From contig CAZLJC010000002.1 of assembly GCA_964559855.1 (NCBI GenBank), positions 3,900 to 67,899 on the forward strand: DNA of 64,000 bases, in the 5' to 3' direction. Below the pieces are notes generated by a model. The model worked only from the letters and a program-made list of their open reading frames with translations. It was not told the DNA's origin and ran no database searches. The translations under genes and the position numbers were made by a program. Positions 57,955-64,000 of this stretch are shown piece after piece. This stretch comes from an uncultured Actinomycetes bacterium. Its GTDB lineage: Bacteria > Chloroflexota > Dormibacteria > Dormibacterales > Dormibacteraceae. How positions within the stretch are numbered: position 1 is the stretch's first letter; every line of letters starts with the position of its first letter.

Positions 57955-58072
57955 AGATCCGCGCCAATTCCGCGCGTTCTGCGCCAAACGAGCCAAATCC
58001 CGCGCGAATTGCGCGCGTTGTGCGCCAAACGCGCCGAAACCGCCCACGGATCCTGAGAGCCGTTACGGGCCG
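57955..58072 (+). repeat. Repeat locus E: two repeat units plus a terminal module (…CACGGATCCTGAGAGCCGTTACGGGCC) overlapping the MFS stop codon
   Basis: caattccgcgcgttctgcgccaaacgagccaaatcccgcgc / gaattgcgcgcgttgtgcgccaaacgcgccgaaaccgccc / acggatcctgagagccgttacgggcc. Confidence 0.88.
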
Positions 58073-59271
58073 GCCGCTCCGGCCCCCGGCTCGCTTCGCG
58101 GGATCGTCAGCAGCGGCAGGAGCGCCGAACCCGCGGCGATGCCCGCCGCGACCCACAGCGCACCGCCCAGGGACCAGTTGATGATGGGGCCGGCGATCGC
58201 GGAGCCGACCGGCGTGCCGACGAAGTTGAGGGCCATCGACACCGCGAACGCGCGCCCGAACCACGCCGGGTCGGTGACGCGCTGGCGCAGCGTGAACAGG
58301 GCGATGTCGAACGGTCCGTTGGTGAGTCCGAACAGGACGACCGCCCCGGCCACCACGGCGATGCTGTGGGCGAAGGGCAGCACGATCATCGCGGCCAGGC
58401 CGCCCAGGATCGACCCGAGCATCATCCCGCGCTCCCGGCCCTGGCTCTTGATCCGGCCCGAGACCAGCGCCGACACCAGCCCGGCGGCCCCGAGCGCCCC
58501 CCAGACCAGCCCCACCGCCGAGGCGGGCTGGTGCAGGCGGTTGAGCACCAGCACCGGGATCGCGATCTCGAGCACCCCGAACGCCATGTTGTACGTGCTC
58601 AGGGTCAGGGCCAGTCCGCGCAGCGTTGGATTGGCGTGCACGACGTAGACGAGTCCCAGCCAGGCTTCGCGCAGGATCGAGCCGCTGCCCGCCGACCGCT
58701 GGCTCGGGTCGCTCATGCCCAGCACCGCGACGGCGGCGAGGACGAAGACGGCGGCGGTCGCGGCCAGCGCGAACTCGGGACCCGCGACGCTGACCAGCAC
58801 GCCGGCCAGCGGCGCCCCCACCAGCGAGGACAGGACGTAGCCGCTGCTGTCCAGGGCGTTGGCGCGCTCCCACAGGTGCCGCGGCGCCACGATCGGAAAC
58901 AGCGAGCGCATGCCCGCGTTGCTCAGCGGGTTCGTCAGCGAGCTGACGCCCGCGATGGCCAGCAGCGCCGCGGGGGCCAGCGCGTGCAGGACGGACAGGC
59001 CCGCGATCAACGCCATCGACAGCGCCGCGATCAGGTAGTCGACCAGGATCAGGCGCGTGCGCCCGTACCGGTCGAGCAGCGCGCCGGCCACGGGGGAGAC
59101 GACCAGGCCCGGGAAGATCGAGAGGAAGGCGGTGGCGCCGGCCAGCGGCGGCGAGTGGAACCGCGCGAGCACGAACAGGATCAGGCCGATCGTGAGCATC
59201 GACAGGCCGAGCCGGGCCAGGAGCAGCGAGAGGTACAGGCGCGCGAAACCGCGGACTCGGAACAGGGCCAC
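58063..59271 (-). CDS. MFS transporter
   Basis: 402 aa, 12 TM helices, …LLDRYGR… loop motif. Confidence 0.85.
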   Translation of the reverse strand: MALFRVRGFARLYLSLLLARLGLSMLTIGLILFVLARFHSPPLAGATAFLSIFPGLVVSPVAGALLDRYGRTRLILVDYLIAALSMALIAGLSVLHALAPAALLAIAGVSSLTNPLSNAGMRSLFPIVAPRHLWERANALDSSGYVLSSLVGAPLAGVLVSVAGPEFALAATAAVFVLAAVAVLGMSDPSQRSAGSGSILREAWLGLVYVVHANPTLRGLALTLSTYNMAFGVLEIAIPVLVLNRLHQPASAVGLVWGALGAAGLVSALVSGRIKSQGRERGMMLGSILGGLAAMIVLPFAHSIAVVAGAVVLFGLTNGPFDIALFTLRQRVTDPAWFGRAFAVSMALNFVGTPVGSAIAGPIINWSLGGALWVAAGIAAGSALLPLLTIPRSEPGAGAAGP

Positions 59272-59306
59272 GTAGCCCGTGGAGAGCTCGGCCGGCGTCT
59301 GCGTCT

Positions 59307-62192
59307 TCAGACCGCCACTTTGGTGCGGCGGGCGCGCACGGCGCCGTTGGTCGGGCGGGCCTTGCGCCGCGCCCGCTCGATCGGCTCGCCCAGGTACGTG
59401 CCGGTCGCCGAGGCCGGGTTCGCGGCCAGCTGCTCGGGTGTCCCCGTCGCCACGACGTAGCCGCCCTTCTCTCCCCCCTCCGGTCCGAGGTCGATCAGCC
59501 AGTCCGCGGTCTTGAGCACGTCGAGGTTGTGCTCGATCACGACCACCGTGTTGCCGTGGTCGACCAGGCGGTGGAGCACCGCCAGCAGGCGCTCGACGTC
59601 GGCGTAGTGCAGCCCGGTGGTCGGCTCGTCGAGCAGGTACAGGGTCCGGCCGGTGTCGCGGCGCGAGAGCTCGGACGAGAGCTTGACCCGCTGCGCCTCA
59701 CCGCCGGAGAGCTGGGTCGCCGGCTGCCCGAGCCGGATGTAGCCCAGGCCGACGTCGTGCAGCGTCAGCAGCTTGGTCTTGATCGCCGGCACGTTCTCGA
59801 ACACGTCGAGCGCCTCGTCCACGGTCATCTCGAGCACGTCCGAGATCGAGTGCCCGCGGAACTTCACCTCCTGCACCTCGCGCGAGTAGCGCGTCCCGTG
59901 GCACACCTCGCACGGCACGTACACGTCCGGCAGGAACTGCATCTCGATCTGGATGATCCCGTCGCCCTGGCACGCCTCGCACCGCCCGCCCTTCACGTTG
60001 AAGCTGAACCGGCCGGCCTTGTAGCCGCGCATCTTGGCTTCGGGCAGGCTCGCGAACAGGTCGCGGATGTGGGTGAACATGCCGGTGTAGGTGGCCGGGT
60101 TGCTGCGGGGCGTGCGGCCGATCGGCGACTGGTCGATGTCGATCGCCTTGTCCAGGTGCTCGAGCCCTTCGACCGCGCGGTGCGTCCCCGGCCGCTCCTT
60201 CGCGCGGTAGAAGTGCTGCGCCACCTTCCGGCTCAGGATGTCGGTCACCAGCGACGATTTGCCGGAGCCGCTGACGCCGGACACGGCGACGAAGCTGCCC
60301 AGCGGAATCTCGACGTCCACGTCCTTCAGGTTGTTGGCGCGCGCTCCGCGGATCACGAGCTTCTTGCCGTTGCCTTTGCGCCGCCGCTCGGGCATCGGGA
60401 TCATCCGGTCGCCGCGCAGGTAGGCCGCCGTGACCGACTTCGGATCGCGGAGCACCTGCTCGACCGGTCCGGCCGCGATGATCTCGCCTCCGTGCTCGCC
60501 CGCCGCCGGCCCGATGTCGACCATGTAGTCGGCGGAGCGGATCGTGTCCTCGTCGTGCTCGACGACGATCAGCGTGTTGCCCAGGTCGCGCAGGCCGACC
60601 AGGGTGTTGATCAGGCGCCGGTTGTCGCGCTGGTGCAGGCCGATCGACGGCTCGTCGAGGATGTACAGCACGCCCATCAGCTTCGAGCCGATCTGCGTGG
60701 CGAGCCGGATGCGCTGCGACTCGCCGCCGCTCAGCGTGTTGGCCGCGCGGTCCATGGTCAGGTAGTCGAGCCCGACGTCGATCATGAACTGCAGCCGCTC
60801 CCGAATCTCCTTGAGGATCCCTCGGGCGATGAGCTGCTCGCGCTCGGTGAGGTCCAGCCGGTCGACGAACTCGATCGCGCCGGTCACCGAGAGCTCGCCG
60901 ACCTCGGCGATGTTGCGGCTCGAGACCGTGACGGCGAGCGACTCGGGCTTCAGCCTTCTCCCCTTGCAGGCCGGGCACGGCTTGTTCGACATGTAGCGCT
61001 CGAGCTCGGCCTTCAGGTACTCGGACTGCGTCTCCTCGTACCGCCGCTGCAGGTTTGCGATCACGCCCTCGAACGGCGCTTCGTACCACCGCGAGTGGCC
61101 GTACTGGTTCTTGTAGCCGAACCGGATCTTCTTGTCCCCGGTGCCGTTCAGCAGCACCGTCTGCTGCTGCCTGGTCAGCTTCGACCACGGCCGGTCCATG
61201 TCGATGCCGAAGTACTTGCTGACCGACTCGAGCAGCTCGGGGTAGAAGAACTGCGACTTGCTCCACGCCGCGATCGCCCCCTCGCTCAGGGTCAGCGAGG
61301 GGTCGGGCACGACCAGGTCCCCGTCGACCACGAGCTGCGAGCCGAGCCCCGTGCACACGGGGCATGCGCCGTGCGGGTTGTTGAAGGAGAAGTTGCGCGG
61401 CTCCGGCTCCGGCACGCTCGTGCCGTCGTACGGGCACGCGTAGTCCTGCGACATCTGGATCTCTTCACCGGCGTCGAGCGGGGCCACGATCACCGACCCG
61501 CCGCCCAGCCGCGCCGCCGTCTCGATCGAGTCGACGAGCCGCGTCCGCTGCTCCGGCCCGACCACGATCCGGTCCACCACCACCTGCACGTCGTGCTTCT
61601 TGTTCTTGTCCATCGGAATCGGCTCGCCGATCTCGTACAGGCTTCCGTCGACCCGAACGCGGACGAATCCGGACTTGCGCACGTCGTCGATCAGCGAGCG
61701 GTACTCGCCCTTGCGTCCCTTCACCACCGGGCCCAGGACCATCACCCGCGTCCCCTTCGGCAGGCGCTCGACGTGGTCGGCCATCTGCTCGACCGTCTGC
61801 CGGCGCACCTCGCGGCCGCACACCGGGCAGTGCGGATGGCCGACGCGCGCGTAGAGCAGGCGGAGGTAGTCGTACACCTCCGTCACAGTCCCCACCGTCG
61901 ACCTCGGGTTCTTGGAGGTGCCCTTCTGGTCGATCGAGATCGCCGGCGAGAGCCCGTCGATGGTGTCGACGTCCGGCTTCTCCATCTGTCCGAGGAACTG
62001 GCGGGCATACGCCGACAGCGACTCGACGTACCGCCTCTGCCCCTCCGCGTAGATGGTGTCGAAGGCGAGCGAGGACTTTCCCGAGCCGGAGAGGCCCGTG
62101 AAGACGACGAGCTTGTCGCGCGGAATCGACAGCGTGACGTTCTTCAGGTTGTGCTCGCGCGCGCCGCGGATGGTGATCTGGCCGGTCGGCAT
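59307..62192 (-). CDS. uvrA: excinuclease ABC subunit A
   Basis: …[12 protein letters not shown]…[14 protein letters not shown]…; second ABC …[10 protein letters not shown]…; 961 aa. Confidence 0.97.
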   Translation of the reverse strand: MPTGQITIRGAREHNLKNVTLSIPRDKLVVFTGLSGSGKSSLAFDTIYAEGQRRYVESLSAYARQFLGQMEKPDVDTIDGLSPAISIDQKGTSKNPRSTVGTVTEVYDYLRLLYARVGHPHCPVCGREVRRQTVEQMADHVERLPKGTRVMVLGPVVKGRKGEYRSLIDDVRKSGFVRVRVDGSLYEIGEPIPMDKNKKHDVQVVVDRIVVGPEQRTRLVDSIETAARLGGGSVIVAPLDAGEEIQMSQDYACPYDGTSVPEPEPRNFSFNNPHGACPVCTGLGSQLVVDGDLVVPDPSLTLSEGAIAAWSKSQFFYPELLESVSKYFGIDMDRPWSKLTRQQQTVLLNGTGDKKIRFGYKNQYGHSRWYEAPFEGVIANLQRRYEETQSEYLKAELERYMSNKPCPACKGRRLKPESLAVTVSSRNIAEVGELSVTGAIEFVDRLDLTEREQLIARGILKEIRERLQFMIDVGLDYLTMDRAANTLSGGESQRIRLATQIGSKLMGVLYILDEPSIGLHQRDNRRLINTLVGLRDLGNTLIVVEHDEDTIRSADYMVDIGPAAGEHGGEIIAAGPVEQVLRDPKSVTAAYLRGDRMIPMPERRRKGNGKKLVIRGARANNLKDVDVEIPLGSFVAVSGVSGSGKSSLVTDILSRKVAQHFYRAKERPGTHRAVEGLEHLDKAIDIDQSPIGRTPRSNPATYTGMFTHIRDLFASLPEAKMRGYKAGRFSFNVKGGRCEACQGDGIIQIEMQFLPDVYVPCEVCHGTRYSREVQEVKFRGHSISDVLEMTVDEALDVFENVPAIKTKLLTLHDVGLGYIRLGQPATQLSGGEAQRVKLSSELSRRDTGRTLYLLDEPTTGLHYADVERLLAVLHRLVDHGNTVVVIEHNLDVLKTADWLIDLGPEGGEKGGYVVATGTPEQLAANPASATGTYLGEPIERARRKARPTNGAVRARRTKVAV

Positions 62193-62239
62193 CGACTCTC
62201 TAGCTTTCCTTTTCCTGTGTCAGCGCAAACGCCGCGAGG

Positions 62240-64000
62240 TCACACGCCGCGCCGGGTCTTGCGCCAGTTCTTGACCTGGGTCTTCGCTTTCGGGGCGGCG
62301 GCGATCGCGAGCGCGACCTCGCCGTCGTCCTCCTTCGACGTCTCCTCGCCGGAGAGCCGGCGGCGCAGCAGGATGATGCGGTCGCGGACGCGCGCGGCGT
62401 CCTCGAACTGCAGCTCCTTGGACAGCCGGCGCATCTCCTTCTCGAGGTCGCGCGTGATGGCCAGCAGGTCCTCTCGCGGCACGCCCGCGCCCGCCATCAG
62501 CTCGACCGCGTCCGCCTGGAGGTCGCTCTCGTTGATCTCCAGCGCGTAGATCGCCTTCTTGACCGACTCCGGCGTGATGCCGTGCTCGGCGTTGTAGGTG
62601 AGCTGCAGCGTGCGCCGCCGCTCGGTCTCGTCGAGCGCCTGCCGCATCGAGTCCGTGATCGAGTCCGCATACATCACGACGTGCCCGTCGACGTTGCGCG
62701 CTGCGCGCCCGATGATCTGGATGAAGGAGCGGTACGCGCGCAGGTAGCCCTCCTTGTCGGCGTCGAGGATGGCGATGAAGGCCACCTCGGGCAGGTCCAG
62801 CCCCTCGCGCAGGAGGTTGATGCCGACGACCACGTCGACCTCGCCCGTGCGTAGGGCCGTGAGCACCTCGATCCGCTGCAGCGCGTCGAGCTCCGAGTGC
62901 AGGTACCTGACCTTGACGCCGTACTCCCGCAGGTAGTCGGCGAGGTCCTCGGCGAACCGCTTGGTCAGGGTCGTGACCAGCGAGCGCTGCCCGGCCCCGG
63001 TCCGCTTCCTGACCTCGGCCAGCAGGTCGTCGATCTGGCCTTCGGTCGGGCGCACCTCGACGGTCGGGTCGACCAGGCCGGTGGGCCGGACGACCATCTC
63101 GACGGTGCGTTGCGAGCGCCGCATCTCGTACGGACCCGGCGTCGCCGAGACGTAGATGACGTTGCGCGCGCGCTCCTCCCACTCCTCGAAGCTGAGCGGG
63201 CGGTTGTCGAAGGCGCTCGGCAGCCGAAACCCGTACTCCACCAGCGCGGCCTTGCGCGAGCGGTCGCCGCCGAGCATGCCGCCGATCTGAGGCACCGCGA
63301 CGTGCGACTCGTCGACGAAGATCAGCGTGTCGTCGGGCAGGAAGTCCATCAGGGTGTACGGGGCCTCGCCCGGCTGCCTCCGCGTGAGGTGCCGCGAGTA
63401 GTTCTCGATCCCGGCGCACGTGCCGGTCTCGCGCAGCATCTCCAGGTCGAAGTTGGTGCGCTGGCGCAGGCGCTGCGCCTCGAGCAGGCGCCCGTGTTCC
63501 TCGAACCACCGGCACCGCTCGTCGAGCTCCCGCTCGATGTCCGCCATTGCGAGCCGGAGCTTGTCCGCCGGCGTCACGTAGTGCGACGCGGGGAACACCG
63601 TGAACTCGTCGCGCGTCCCGAGGATCTCGCCCGTGACGGCGTCGAGCTCCTGGATGCGCTCGATCTCGTCGCCGAAGAACTCGACCCGGTACACCTTCTC
63701 CTCGTTGGCCGGCACCAGGTCCACCACGTCGCCGCGCACCCGAAAGCGCAGGCGCGCCAGGTCGTAGTCGTTGCGCTCGTACAGCATCTCCGTGAGCTTG
63801 CGCAGGAACACCTCGCGCCGGATCGACTGGTGCCGCTCGACGTGCAGCGACTCGCCCATGTAGTCCTCGACCGAGCCGATGCCGTAGATGCAGCTGACGC
63901 TCGCCACCACCAGCACGTCGCGCCGCGTGAGCAGGTCCTGCGTCGTGGAGTGGCGCATCCGGTCGATATCGTCGTTCCGGCTCGAGTCCTTCTCGATGTA
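62240..64000 (-). CDS. uvrB: excinuclease ABC subunit B (N-terminus beyond the right window edge)
   Basis: …VSCIYGIG…FDNRPL…SATPG…REGLDLPEV…; C-terminal UVR domain …[11 protein letters not shown]…. Confidence 0.95.
   Translation of the reverse strand, partial: YIEKDSSRNDDIDRMRHSTTQDLLTRRDVLVVASVSCIYGIGSVEDYMGESLHVERHQSIRREVFLRKLTEMLYERNDYDLARLRFRVRGDVVDLVPANEEKVYRVEFFGDEIERIQELDAVTGEILGTRDEFTVFPASHYVTPADKLRLAMADIERELDERCRWFEEHGRLLEAQRLRQRTNFDLEMLRETGTCAGIENYSRHLTRRQPGEAPYTLMDFLPDDTLIFVDESHVAVPQIGGMLGGDRSRKAALVEYGFRLPSAFDNRPLSFEEWEERARNVIYVSATPGPYEMRRSQRTVEMVVRPTGLVDPTVEVRPTEGQIDDLLAEVRKRTGAGQRSLVTTLTKRFAEDLADYLREYGVKVRYLHSELDALQRIEVLTALRTGEVDVVVGINLLREGLDLPEVAFIAILDADKEGYLRAYRSFIQIIGRAARNVDGHVVMYADSITDSMRQALDETERRRTLQLTYNAEHGITPESVKKAIYALEINESDLQADAVELMAGAGVPREDLLAITRDLEKEMRRLSKELQFEDAARVRDRIILLRRRLSGEETSKEDDGEVALAIAAAPKAKTQVKNWRKTRRGV

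Noticed and set aside
50654-58072. MITE or IS-derived element interpretation of the repeat units
   Set aside because: I could find no terminal inverted repeats, no obvious target-site duplication and no transposase remnant. The left and right ends of loci D and E are not reverse complements. I leave them as an unclassified repeat family.

Overview
This is a high-GC (roughly 70%) bacterial chromosomal window. It holds about 62 protein genes, more than 80% on the minus strand, most joined by 1-4 nt start/stop overlaps. The synteny looks Actinomycetota-like: uvrB-uvrA ... uvrC-rapZ ... whiA-gap-pgk-tpiA-gpmA-sodA-secG.

Contents from left to right:
- a class A PBP that runs off the left edge and is absent from the ORF track
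- an orphan nuoJKLMN membrane-arm cluster
- a CopD-like protein, mnmA and a flavin oxidoreductase
- a ThrC-like enzyme, a MoaD/ThiS-like sulfur carrier and a NIL-domain protein
- a 14-gene aromatic supraoperon: trpEGDCFBA-aroH-DAHP synthase-tyrA-aroA, then a B3/4-domain protein, a Nudix protein and a MenC-family enzyme
- a three-gene formate dehydrogenase operon
- an aminotransferase, an SDR, an ABC substrate-binding protein and the glycolytic block
- a ~12 kb block of transporter and two-component genes between whiA and rapZ
- the uvr genes

I found no rRNA, tRNA, CRISPR array, transposase or integrase.

Four points are most worth a second look:
1. The formate dehydrogenase catalytic gene is broken in the ORF track only by an in-frame TGA followed by a SECIS-like hairpin, which fits selenocysteine. 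Its alpha subunit is also split, and the gene order is permuted.
2. About 19 copies of a ~41-bp intergenic repeat unit (core TTYTGCGCCAAACGAGCCAAAT) sit at five loci, all in the same orientation. I do not recognise this family.
3. At least five conserved genes (PBP, nuoL, gpmA, pgk, whiA) appear to start at CTG, ATC or ATT behind well-spaced GGAGG-type Shine-Dalgarno sites.
4. The ThrC-like/sulfur-carrier pair suggests protein-thiocarboxylate-dependent sulfur amino acid synthesis.

All family assignments come from reading motifs by eye. No database search was run, and start coordinates are best guesses.
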